The notes under the pieces were generated by a model. It saw only the letters and a program-made list of their open reading frames with translations. It made no database searches and was not told the origin of the DNA. This document shows, piece by piece, positions 12,091 through 24,666 of a DNA stretch of 64,000 bases. This DNA comes from Lama glama (lineage: Eukaryota). Position 1 is the first letter of the stretch, and each line of letters begins with the position of its first letter. The translations under genes were made by a program, and so were the position numbers. The stretch is from contig CM052817.1 in assembly GCA_028534125.1 (NCBI GenBank), forward strand, positions 99,016,001 through 99,080,000. Reading direction: 5' to 3'.

Positions 12091-12779
12091 CTGCCAATGA
12101 GGAGGGGAAAAAGAAAAGAACATATATATGTAATCATTGTTTATCTCTTTCTCTCTTCAAATGTTATCCTGTTAGCAAGTGTGAAAGTGAATTAAAACAG
12201 TGTTACAGTTAGTAGATCGAAAAAAAATTTATTTTTCAATGCACATTAAATATACACATATAAGTGAATGGAGAAATCTGTCATTTCTCAGGAAGTCTAG
12301 TTTCTATTGATAAAGGTCTTTAATCAGGCCATAACAAGCATTTTCATAAAGACAATTACATGAAGTGAATATTAGCTATAGGATATTCTGGAAAGCACCC
12401 ATAAAATCTTTTTAGTTCATTAGAAGCAACCACCAGAAATAGAATTTTGATGCTAGAAGAATAACTTACAATAGATTCTGAGAAGAGGATGGAACAAAAC
12501 TGAGGGGCAGGGGGCGGGAGGAGGAGTACAAGGAGGAGACTGTGTGACAAAGGGATTACATGTAAATCTAGAAATTTCTACCATTATCAGTAAATCCAAA
12601 GAATTTAGAGGATAAAAACATGCATGCATGAAATGTAAAAAAAAAAAAAGTGTAATATAAAAAGAATACCAGACAGATTAAGAGCTTATAGCGCCAAACA
12701 ATACATTACAGCAGAGGCCCCCAAAGCGATACAGCAAACTGTGAAGCGCCTGGGGTCCCTGAGTCATAACAGTACCGAG

Positions 12780-12990
12780 TCAGAAGGTTGTTTTGGGAAA
12801 TAAAATGAGTAAGTACATGGAAGAACCAACCATGCCTGATTCAATGAACACTATTAATCTTAAGGTTATCTTTTAGCATTGTGCTAAGTTTGAATAAAAT
12901 CATAACCTACAAGCTTCAGAACGCTGACATAAGATAAGAGCTTAGTAAATGTTAGCTGGTATCACTATTGTTGCTGCTGCTGTTGTTATT
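12780..12990 (+). mobile_element. MIR 3' remnants
   Basis: aaggttgttttgggaaataaaatgagtaagtacatggaag and gcttcagaacgctgacataagataagagcttagtaaatgttagctg. Confidence 0.5.
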
Positions 12991-13979
12991 CGGGGAATAC
13001 ACAGACTCCCTCAAACAGTAGGTAAAATGTTGTGTGATTATGCACATGTGCATTTTCTTCAGGAAGACATACAGAGTATTCTAAGATTTTCAGCGGGGTC
13101 TAAGGGCTCAAAGGATGTTAAGCTCAACTGCTTTAAGTAACAATTCATTCTTATAAAATATTCCAGTCTCTAGAAAAATCTCTATTCTTTATTGAAAATA
13201 TAAGTACCAATCACTGAAAAAAGATCTCTATAAGATGACTTTCTTTAATAAAACCTGTGAGTAGTCACTCCTCATTTATATGAGAAAGAAAATATCTGAT
13301 CACTTACGGGAAAATTATGAAACTGAAATTTAAAATACTGGTTTTAAAATAGATGTGTTCAGATATATTTTATTGAAAGTGAAGCAATGTTAAGGTAGTT
13401 TTTAAACTGCTTTTCATGTAATTTAAAACATTTTAAATGATCATTTTGGCTATTTTTCTTAAATTGTTAACTATTATTTCAAAACTGCTATACATCTCTA
13501 GAACAATTCATTCCCTTTTAATGCAGTAGTCCTAATCAACATTTTATTTTAAGCCATTTTTTTTACTTTACAAGCAAATTTAAAAAAATCTTTAGTTGTT
13601 TATTATTTTAAATCAGTATCACAGTATACCAATTTAAAATGCCATCTTTTAAAGCATTAGTTTCTGTACAAAAAAAAAATTATGATTTACCAAATATATG
13701 CCTGTTAAGAATGGAACTGACTCCAAGAAATCTTTGTTACAGAACCAATTTGGAATGCCTTTGAATGTATTTTAGTTGTTGTCCCTAAAGACTGAGCCAT
13801 GCAAAAGGAAAGAAGAAATAAAATCATTGGAAGACAAATTATGTGAATTAAAAATAAAATCAATGGTCTTTTTGTATGGTTCTGCAGCATATTAAGTATT
13901 CACTTTATCTGCTCCCATTTTTATTACTCTCCAAATGAGTACACCCCCAAAATCAATAGTTATAGAATCACGTTTCTTG

Positions 13980-14650
13980 AATATAATGCTAAAACCAATT
14001 AGGATTGATTTCACTAGCGTCTGAGAAAAATGGCACCGTGTGGAGACCCATATAGGTAGAGCCCACAGGATTGATTCTGACTGTTATTGTTACAGTTGGT
14101 TTCTGAAGCCTGCTACAAGACAGCTATCAAGACATACCACATTTATTTGCAAGCATATAAAAAAGAAGTCCCCAAATAAAAGAAGGTTTAAAAAAAAAAA
14201 AAGACCAGTGGAGCTGTGCAATGACAATGATACACTATCAGCTTACTCAGAGAAGTTACAGTGGGAATACACACATTGAATTATACATTACGCGAAAGCA
14301 CTGATTTATTGTGGTAATAACATCCACCTCATTAAAAGATTCTGCTTTGCTGCAGTTGGAAGGCTACATATTGTTTACTGCTATAAATTAATGGCAGTAC
14401 AAAGAAGACTGTGGAACCGTCCTAACAATAGATCTGTAATGACAGTGCTGTATATCACAGCTTCCTCAGCAGCTTCATAATAAAATGGAGACAATGTATT
14501 GAGCTAATACATTCTACCATGCTGGCCCATATTTTTCTGACAACTGCTTTAAAGGATGAGCTGAATCCAACTATGTTATAATGCTGCAAAACATTTAACT
14601 AAGCAAGAGTCAGTCATACACTAAAGTGCATCTTAGCATTTTTAAAACAT
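13980..14650. promoter_or_regulatory. Candidate conserved non-coding element / developmental enhancer
   Basis: Repeat-free; TGATTTATTG (PBX-HOX, 14302-14311), TGTTTAC (FOX, 14372-14378), AACAATAG (SOX, 14424-14431), TGACAG (MEIS, 14440-14445). Conservation not verified. Confidence 0.5.
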
Positions 14651-15464
14651 CGTCCAAATCAGCATTTCAAGATGTTTATTCATTCCTGCAAAAGAACTAA
14701 AAGTAAATGCTGATGGCTCCTCTTACTTATACAGTATATTAAGAGTAACAATTGAAGGTCAATTCAGAAAATGCCTAGCACTACCATTCTACAGAATGCT
14801 CTTTGTACAATTTAACTGTAAAAGCTTGACAGAATATTTTTTAAAATCAGCAAACTGATTAAAGGAAGAAGAGCAGAAATACTGGTCATTTAAAATGGTC
14901 ATAACTTCCTGAAAAAAAATCAATAAAAAATAAGCACGGATTAAAGAACTATTCAATTCAAGTTCATAACCAGGTAAACATAAACAGCTCTAGGATATTA
15001 AAAAACGATTTTAAACACTACCGATTTGCAACAAATAAAATTATGTAAGATTTTTAAATCTAAAAAATAATATAAGAACCTTAATCACAAGATGAAAAAG
15101 TGGCTCAAATAAAATGGAATCATTTTAAAATTAGAGTTATCAGGATTACCAACACATCCATTTACATTTAAAAAAATGGAAATACAAACTTAGACTAAAA
15201 CAGGAGAAGGAAAATTAAAGACAAAAGAACAACGAAACTCTTTAAAATCTATAAATAGCAAAAATAAGACATTACACATCGGATATTTTTAATCTCACAA
15301 ATAGCAAAATTGACAACTGCGGTAAATTGATAAATATTCTGTTTGAGATTTCTGTCTGATACCCTTCATAACAAGATATGCAAAGCAAAACTTTCTAAAT
15401 CAGGTTTTTAAGAATATTACAAAAGTCTTTTATTACCTTTCTTGAGAAGTAATTTTGCTAATTA

Positions 15465-15552
15465 GTATAGATATACAAAAATGCTGCCTGTAAAGTGCCC
15501 AGCTCAGTGCCTGGCACATAGTAAGTTACTGGTAATAATAATTATTATTATT
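15465..15552 (+). mobile_element. MIR 3' end
   Basis: tgtaaagtgcccagctcagtgcctggcacatagtaagt followed by (att)n. Confidence 0.7.
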
Positions 15553-16689
15553 TTTCAGCTTATTCTATCAAGAATATTTCAGAAAAAAAGCCATTAAATA
15601 CAAGTTTTTTGTTTCTGTTTTTGACAGCAAGGCATTTGTTATAGACACATACTCAAATCACAACTGGAAAAGATGTTCACAAAGGGGGACACAGTGGAGA
15701 ACAGCCCTGGAGTGGGCACCCTTCACACACTAGGGCTACTCCTTTCAACTCCCAGGGGAACCCACACACTCTTGCCTGCCTCACCGTCCAAGACTCAGTG
15801 ACCTCTCCCCACCACAGGCTACAATGACCTCCACAAAGGAGGCTTCTGCCTGTGGTTGGGCACCCCCATCAATGACAGTCCTGTTTTCACAGCAAAAAGA
15901 ACAGTCCCCACTTCAAACTGAATCCCAACCCCCACCCCCAAATGAACACAGATCTTCTCAGCTGCCAGGATCATAAGCCATGAAACACCTCTCCCCAGAC
16001 ATGTCAGAGCAGGGAGACCAGGTGACGATGTCGTGGGTCTGATGAAATTACTGTTATCTCTCGGGAAAGAATATAATTACACATCACAGTTTTCTAATGG
16101 CATATGCAGTACTGGGCATTATCTGTCAGATACCTAATAGTACATAGTAGTTCCCCCAAATGGAATTATTCTACCTCAAGAACCTAATCAAAAACAAAAT
16201 TGCTTTTCAAAACTCCAAAGGGCTTCCAAATTTTAATGTGAAAAACACATGAAATGTCAAGCAGTTATAATCATCTACTACTATATTAATTGAAAACAAA
16301 CAGTTTTGGAGTCACACACCCCTGCAAGCTCACATCATGGACTCTTTGATCTGATTACCAGTAAAAGTTAGTGTAAAAAGAGAAGACTGTAGTGTTGACA
16401 CATTCTAAGTTGTTTCTTTCTTTTAAAAAAATGAAGTTATCTAATTAATAAACCCCAGCTGACATTTCATATATTTTTAAACATTATTATGGATTCTCAT
16501 GATATCCTTATTTTAATAATGAAGAAAATAACTATCTTGAGTAATCTAGCTCAAAATCAACATAAACCTAGGAGACAAACTCAGTACTCAAAATCCAGTC
16601 TTTGGGGCATTGTATCCATCTAAACTGTTGTATTACAAAATGTTTTTCCAAATTTCAACAATTTCCCAATTTCTTACATGTCCATTCTT

Positions 16690-16830
16690 CAAAAATGGTA
16701 TTTGTTTAATAGGTTAATTTAAAAGACCACTAATATATGCCAAGTGTTTAGAAGAGCTCCTGGCACAAAGTACTCATAAGTGTAGCTGCCATTAATGTTG
16801 TTATTTTAACTGCTATTATCACCATCACCA
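16690..16830 (+). mobile_element. MIR 3' end
   Basis: aagtgtttagaagagctcctggcacaaagtactcataagtgtagctg. Confidence 0.55.
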
Positions 16831-17129
16831 GAATCCCTTCTTCCTTTTGAGATTTATATATGAACTGCTCTAAGTTATATCAGCCTTTCAGAAGTGAAGT
16901 TCCAAACTACTGGACCATGATTACAATTACTAAGAGTAAGAAAGTTGCAGGGAATTGGCAAGAAATCGCAGAAATTCTACAAACCAGAGATTTGCTTGAG
17001 TTTAATAACCTTTTCTTTTAAAATCCAAGCCTCAAGAGTTTTTTCCCATCTTTCTTTGAAAGTTTTCTTTGGAAAATCATTAAACCCTAACACCTGGGGA
17101 TGAAAAGCAGAAGAGAAGATTAAAGAAAA

Positions 17130-18140
17130 AGAAAAAGGTCATTACGGAGTGTAAAACTCACAAATAGGGCCCCGGGAAACACTAAAGAATAGTGTATCAG
17201 AAACTTATGTATTATGGGTAAAGAGTAGGGAAGAGATACCAAAAGTGAAAAGGGGCTCCTGAAGGGGGCGCAAAAGAGCACAAATACTTTCAGGATCTTG
17301 TTTAGGAAACTGATGATTGGCTTAAAGCCATCTGTCAATATTATCTGCATTTAGTATGATTACAAAACTGTAAATGTCCTTTAATTTCATGACTACACAT
17401 AAAGCTTGTCCTACAGTATATACGATGTCATGGGCAAGAGAGGTTAAATATTATGTTATTCTGGAAGTAGGGTAGGCCTATAGATCTTGAAAAAGTGCTA
17501 TTAGAAAGTGAGGGCTAAAAACCAGCAAGGAAAAGATAACAAAATGGTTGAAATCAATGTTATGTGAATCTGATGTTATATGTCATAAAAATACCAGGTT
17601 AAAGGAAAGAATATTGTTAATTAAGTGTAAGATACTTGATATTTGTGAATGAATTAAACAAAAGACTTCAAATTCAGAAGATGAAAGAGGATGGACTATC
17701 AGGAAATGTGACACCATAAAGATGGTCATTCCTGGTTAGAGAATAATGATTTGTTTGAGGAAGATTATAGGAAATAACTATGGTAAACAGATTAAAAAGG
17801 CCATTCTATTGGAAGACAATGCAACTATTTTATTGGCTATAAGCGAAGGGTCCAAGAGTCTTACATAAATTATCTCATTATATTTACACCAATGCCTTAA
17901 TACACAAACGTTATTAGCATTCCCAATTTACAGGTGAAAAAATTGAGCCTGGGTAAAGTTAAATGACTATCAATGGTTGGTTACCTAGCCAATGGCAGAG
18001 GCAAGATTCAGAGCCAATTCTAACTAAATTGACTAGTAATAATGCAGGCTGTGTGGATTGATGAAAGTTTTCGTGCTCAATCGGTAAGGCTGCTGGAATC
18101 CTTCCATGGGAGGTTTAGATTAAATGCCTTTTGAAAAACA
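17130..18140 (+). mobile_element. Ancient CR1/L3-like LINE remnant, interrupted by a minus-strand MIR (~17845-18030)
   Basis: Degenerate RT-like nucleotides (ggggctcctgaaggg ~GVPQG; atttagtatgattacaaaactg ~FADDTKL) and CR1-like 3' segment ggctgctggaatccttccatgggagg; MIR cccaatttacaggtgaaaaaattgagcc. Confidence 0.4.
17258..17271 (+). promoter_or_regulatory. Candidate CTCF site CCTGAAGGGGGCGC
   Basis: 12/14 match to CCAGCAGGGGGCGC with an intact CpG in CpG-depleted surroundings. Confidence 0.4.
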
Positions 18141-19679
18141 TGTTTATGTTTTTATTCCTACCTACAAAACATGTATGGATATCATTAGATGAAGGAGTCA
18201 CAAGTCAGGGAGGGAGATGAATATTTTGTCTTGGGGACACCAAAAAGATGGTTGGTAAAAATAGCCTTAAAAAGTGAACACAAAAGATAACCATTGTCAC
18301 TCAAAGTTTATTGCTGTCCTTTCCCCTTAACTTTTATATCTGTTTATCCACATCCAGGAACCCAAATGAAAGCCTTTACTTCTGTGTTGCAAAAGCTTTT
18401 TAAAGAAGCCAATGCACTTTATTCTGAGCATCTCCACTCACCTGCCTTCCTTCCGGCCTCCCCCCACACCCTCACCCCCACCACGGAGAAGAAAATAAAC
18501 AAATAGCCTCTGTCATTTAAGCAGCGCTGCCAAGGTTAGAGGACGCAGCAACTATTCTGTGTCAGTTGTAGCAGCTCTTTCATCCAAATGACAAGTAGAA
18601 CAAACAGCCTGATCAGCATTTTCACTCAACCTCGGCTTTTGGGGTATTTCGTCATACACTATACATATATGGCTGAAATGGTTTGGCACTTATCTTTGCA
18701 CACTCTACATTTTACTTAATATTGTCAAGAAAAAAATTTCACTGGCATACTACTGTGGCTTTTAGAGTTAACAAATAAGCACTTTTGCTTTCAAGTACGA
18801 GAGCAGTTTTTAATCCCTTGAAAACACACTTTCTTGTAAGTGGCATTAACATATACCCACTATACTTTTTCAATTTAACAAACACATCTTGGGAAAAAGG
18901 AAAGTATTCCATTTTACTTATCGTAACTTATGTAGAAACTACATCATTTCAAATGCTCACATTGGTAGATTCAGTAGCAACGCCTTCACAGTTCTACGTT
19001 ATTCAGCTATGGTTCATATTAAATGATTTTTTTTACTATAGGTTTTTATCTGTTTGAGAAAGGCACATAAATCAATTAATATAATCTGATAAACCAGTGC
19101 CATTGTTGAGCTAAATGCTTGGAAGAACCCCAAAACAATCTTACTCCAAGACCAACTAAAAAAAGATATTTTAAATATTTATGAAAATGATAAACACCCA
19201 AGAGTCCCAATGCTGATACAACAAAACCTATTCATTTGCAGATAGATTCACCTACCCACTTAAAGAAACAATTAAGACTATTAAAAGCAGGAGTTCTGGT
19301 CCAAAATGGTGACATAGGAGGCTCCTGAAGTCACCTCTTCCCATAGATAGACTGAAACTTCAGCTACACATAGAACAGTTCCCTCTGAAAGAAATTCAAA
19401 ACCTAGCTGAACAAGTGCTACACACTGGGAAAATAAGAGAAATCCACGTCATAGCAGGTAAGAAAGGGTGTGACACAATCTCACCATACATGCCCCCCCT
19501 CAACACAGTGACAAACCATCTGGAGGGAACTCACAACTCAGATTTTCCATGAGAAGTGAGAGTTTTGGACCCAACATCCAGCACCTAAACATTTAAGACT
19601 TCCACCTGTGAGACAGGCCCCCAAAACACAAGCCCTAAAAGTCAAAAAGGCTTGTGTCCACGAGACACACAAGACTATA

Positions 19680-20119
19680 CAGGCATATCTCAGATATACT
19701 GCAGGTTTGGTTCCAGACCACTGTAATAAAGTGAATACTGCAATATAGTGAGTCACAAATGTTCTGGTTTCCCAGTGCATACAGAAGTTATGTTTACACT
19801 ATATGAAGTCTATTAAGTGTGCAATATTATTGCTAAAAAAATAATATTCATACCTTAATTTAAAAATGCTTTATTGCTAAAAAAATGCTAACCATCTTCT
19901 GAACCCTCATTGAGTTGTAATCTTTTTTAATAGTGGAGGGTTTGAAATATTGCAAGACTTACCAAAATACGACACACAGACACAAAGTAAGCCAACACTA
20001 TTGGAAAAATGGTACCTATAGGCTTGCTCAAAGCAGAGTTGCCACAAACTTTCAATCTATACAAAACTCAGTATCTGCAAAGCACAATAAAGTGAAGCAC
20101 GATACAACAAGTATGCCAG
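19680..20119 (-). mobile_element. Tigger1-derived internally deleted MITE (440 bp) nested in L1
   Basis: Ends caggcatatctc and aagtatgccag (Tigger1 TIR CAGGCATACCTC), flanked by TA at 19678-19679 and 20120-20121. Confidence 0.85.
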
Positions 20120-20643
20120 TATAGCAAAAGAAGACAGAAAAAAAAACCAGTTCTCAAACCACAAAAAACCCTCTAAAACTTTAAAAAAGTGACATAAATA
20201 ATAAGCCACAGTAAAGATAAAACTGAATCATAAAAATACTCACTTAATCTAAAAGAAAACAGATAGAGGAAGACAAGGTACAAAGAATGAATATAAGGGC
20301 TAAAAAATAGATGGCAAGAAAATACATTCAAATTAGCCATTTTAAAAATTACATTACATGTAAACGGTCTCAACATCTCAATTAAAATGCAGAGGCTACT
20401 AGAATGGCTATAAAAGCAATACTGTATTATATGTTGCCCACAAAACAGAAACTTTAAAAATAAAGCCATAGGTTCAAAAAAAGATACTACAAATAATAAT
20501 CAAAATACCACTGTCATCTCCATATCAACATGAGGAAAGGGCAGACTTCAGGACATGGACTACTGAGGTATGAAGAGAGACATTTCATGATGCTAACCAA
20601 CCCATTTATCAAGAAAACATAACAACCTGAAATGTATATGCAC

Positions 20644-21141
20644 TGTATTACTTTCCTAGGGCTCCTATGACAAAGTACCACAAACTGGGTGGCTTAAAAC
20701 AAAATAGAAATTTATTGTCTTGCAGTTTTGGAGGTTAGAAGTTCAAAATAAGGTGTTGGCAGAGCCACGTTCTTTGAAACCTCTAGGGAAGGCTCCTTCC
20801 TTGCCTCTTCCTGCTTCCTGTAGCCCTCGGGGTTCTTCGGCTTATGGCAGTGTAGCTCCAATTTCTGTTCCCATCACTTCATGGTATTCTTTCCTCTGAT
20901 GTCTGTCTTCTTCTTCACTTTAAAATTTTTTTGCCTTTTTTTTTTTTTGATGTGTCTTAACATGGTGTTTTCACCTTCTTATGAAAACACCAGTTATATT
21001 AGAATTAGGTCCATGCTAATAACTTCATCTTAACTTCATTACCTCTGCAGAGACCCTACCTACAAATAAGATCACATCCACAGGTGCCAGGGGTTAGGAC
21101 TGCAACATAACTTTCTGGGAAACATAATTCAACTTATAACA
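20644..21141 (-). mobile_element. MaLR solo LTR (MLT1C-like) nested in L1
   Basis: tgtattactttcctagggct...caaagtaccacaaactgggtggcttaaaac...cataattcaacttataaca; TG...CA ends; 5-bp TSD tgcac/tgtac. Confidence 0.85.
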
Positions 21142-23666
21142 TGTACCCAAAAACAAATGCTGAAAATACACATAACAAAAACAGAGAAAAATGAAAAAAG
21201 ATACAGACAAATTTAAATTATAGTTGAAACCTTCAACATTCCTCTCTCAGTAATCAACAGAAAAATTAAAGTAAGGATATAGAAGATATTAACAAAACTA
21301 CCAACCAATTCAACCTAACTGACATGTATAGAACACTATGTAGCAACAGATGGGTATATATGCTTTTCATGTACACACGAAGCAGTAACCAATATATAGC
21401 ATGTTCCGAGCCATAAACCAAACTTCAACTAATTTAAAAAAACTGAAGTTATACAAAGTATGTTCTTCAATCATTATGGAATGAAACTAGAAATCAACAA
21501 GAAAAAGATACATGACAAATCCTCAAATCTGTAGAAAGCATACAACATTCTTCTGAATAATCTATGGGTTAATGACAAAGTCACAAGGAAAATTAGAAAA
21601 TATTTTGAATGGAATAAAAATAAAAACACAACATATAAAAATGTGTTGGACCTTACAAAATAAGTACTTTGAGAAAAGTTTGTACCATTAAATGCTTATA
21701 TTGGGAAGAAAAAGAGGTGTGAAATCAATAGTTTAAAGCTTCCATCTTGAGATATTAAAAAAAGAGAAGTTAAATCCAAATCAAGTAGAAAGAAAAATAG
21801 TAAAGGAATCTAAGATCATTAAAACTGAAAACAGAAAAAACAACAGAAAATATGAAATCTATAGTTACTATCATTCTTAATGATGAATGATTAAATGCTT
21901 TTCCCCTAGGATCAAAGACAAGGCACTCTTAGCACTTCTAGTCAACACTATATAATGCAGGAAATATTTATTTCGAGAAGCAGAAAGTTTCAAAAAGTCT
22001 ACAAAAAGGCCGCTAGTATGAATAATTGAAGGTTGCAAAATACAAAGTCAATATACAAAATTCAATTGTGTTTGTAAACAAGCAATGAACAATTAGAATC
22101 GAAAATTTTGTGGATAAAAAACATGAAAATTTTAAGGATAAATTAACAAAATCTGTATGCTAAAGGCACAAAACATTAGAGAGAAATTAAAAGAAGACCT
22201 AAACAAATGGAAGCTAAACCACATTTATGGATTGGAAGATTGAATACTGCTACTATATCATTCTTAGTAAAAATGGCCTACTTATTAAATGCAATCCCAA
22301 TCAAAATTTCCAGCAGAATTAACAAGCTGATCCCCATATTTATATGGAAAAACAGAAAACCCAGAACAGCCAAAACAATGTTAAAAAAGGCATAGTTGGG
22401 TTCATGTGACCTGATTTTATGACTTAGTATAAAGCTACAGTAAAAAAGTGTGGTATCGATGTAATGATAGATATGCTGACTGACTGAACAGAAGAGAGTC
22501 TAAAAATAGACCCACAGATACATGGTCAATTTAATTTCAACAAAAGGTTCCCAGACAATTCATGAGAAAAGACAGTCTTTTCAACAAATGGTGCTGGAAG
22601 AAATGGATTTCCATTTGTGGAAAAAAAAAAAAAAAGAACCTCAATTCATCTTGCAACTATGATGCATTATAGATAAAAATAAGTAGCATCAGCAATAACG
22701 ATATAAGAGCATACCATTAATTATGTTTGACACAATTTGGTTTTAGAAACATCAAATCACTTTTAAGTAATGATAAGCACGCAGTCAACTAAATAATCCA
22801 AATCAGCAGCTTTTACCTTTTCCCATAAGATAGTCTCTCATATACATACATGTATATATGAATCCACAGGCCTCTTGCAAAAAACCCACAGTTGGTCCCC
22901 TTCAAGTGACCAGAGTCTACAGGTTGGAAACAACTGTCACATCTTTATCTTCCTTCCCACCAATAAGATTACTGCCATTTGTACTTTGAACTCTGACTTA
23001 CTGTCACCCTCTTCCTGGTCTTTTTTTTTTTTTTTTGGACTACACATTTCTAAGCTTAAATGTAAGACATCACTTTTTCCCCTTGTATTTTGCTCAAATA
23101 TTTTATGTATTTCATTCTGAAAAATGATGTACAATTTTGCATTTTAATTACTGTAAAGCAAGCTGAATGATCAATCTGTCATACTGATTAAACTATCGAA
23201 CATATCAAGTTCCAGGAAAGAATCCTAGAAGGATGGTCTACAGAGGATGATACCTCAGCTTTATAAAGGGCATGAAACAATGGGGCTGTAAATGGTTTGA
23301 ACAGTTCTGAATGCTCTGAATGTCTTCTAACCACCCTGTCTATTTCAGAAAGGTACTACTTAGATTTTCAAATCACTTGCTGGTTTATATTATAAATCAT
23401 GAACTCACATTTAAAAAAAATTACTTTTCTGAAAGTAGGAGAGTCTAAAATTAAAGCAGATAGAAACAAAATGCTTCATAGTCACACAGAAATGTCTCAT
23501 AGTTACACGGAAATATAATTATTCTCATGGAGATGGCTCATATATAACATAATTCAGTCATAAAACTCTTTAAAATAGGTACTATTTCACTCACTTTTAT
23601 TTCTGGCATGATCCTCAGAACAATGTCCACAAAAGGTACCCAGCAAATATTTAGAAATCAATTATC

Positions 23667-23730
23667 TGAATAAATGCATTTATTCAATATAAACAGGGTA
23701 CTATAAACAGGTGTTTATGTTGAATAAATG
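23667..23730. repeat. Overlapping 20-bp perfect palindrome and 19-bp inverted repeat
   Basis: tgaataaatgcatttattca (23667-23686); arms catttattcaatataaaca (23677-23695) and tgtttatgttgaataaatg (23712-23730). Confidence 0.9.
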
Positions 23731-24600
23731 TGCTTATTACAATAAATGGACTTGGAGAATAAAGACTCAGATAAATGTGGACATATGACTAAAGGATAAG
23801 TTACTATGGTACCCACTATAAAAAGCATACTATTACACATTCACATAAAATAAGTTTTGACTACCATGGGGAATATAAGAATGAGAAGTTGACTCATACA
23901 AGTATATAAATAAAGCTACAAATGTACCCAGGTTTTTAAAATGTCTTCCCACTACATTTACTCTCTTAAAAAAACATACTCCAGCCTGAAATGTGAAGTA
24001 TAATACCAGTACTTATTCAAAGTAAAGAAAAAAAAATTTACATGTTTTGAAAACACTTTCTATGTGAATTTATGGTATATATACGTTCTTTTTTTGTACC
24101 TACCCAAGTTACTATATCCAGTACTAAACTACAAAAGTAGGAAGTATTATGGGATAAAACTGGTAATGCTATGTAAATAAAACAATTCATTTATAAATAG
24201 TGGTCACTCCACACCACAGTAACTTAGGATGATTTGAGAATAAATACTTAACTTTGAAAAGGATTACTGGACTGGCAGTGTGTTGCTGGTACATGTCAGG
24301 AGTATTCATCACCCTGACAGTAATATTAACCACAGTCCATTTCAGTTACTTCAGTTTATCATTTTCTGACTAATGTTAAAAAACAATGTCATTGAAGGCT
24401 GCTTAAATTAAGTGTAGGCTTAACCCCTGTTAGAGTCATATAAAAACTTCTACTAGAAGGTAACTTCCAATAAAAAACCAAATCTGCTATACAGAATGCT
24501 AATACTTACTAAATACAACTTTTAAAAAATAGTCAAAAACAATAGATTGTCTTCCTGATTTAAAAACAAAACTTCAGCAAATCCTCCAAATGCACCACAA

Positions 24601-24666
24601 CATATCTATATATCTAACTCCATATATATATGTTCAAATTTTATACACACACACATATATATATGT
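24601..24666. repeat. (TA)n/(CA)n compound microsatellite
   Basis: catatctatatatcta...catatatatatg...tatacacacacacatatatatatg. Confidence 0.7.

Larger units (their letters stand above)
19290..22660 (+). mobile_element. Old L1M element (5' UTR, ORF1 largely deleted, degenerate ORF2 pieces)
   Basis: 5' end ttctggtccaaaatggtgacatagg; ORF2-like remnants (ORF 22207..22395 WIGRLN...NAIPIKI...FIWKNRKPRTAK; tctttttcaacaaatggtgctgg-like). Confidence 0.85.

Noticed and set aside
11868..12212. 114-aa ORF antisense to an LRBA exon
   Set aside because: Shadow ORF of the coding exon on the opposite strand
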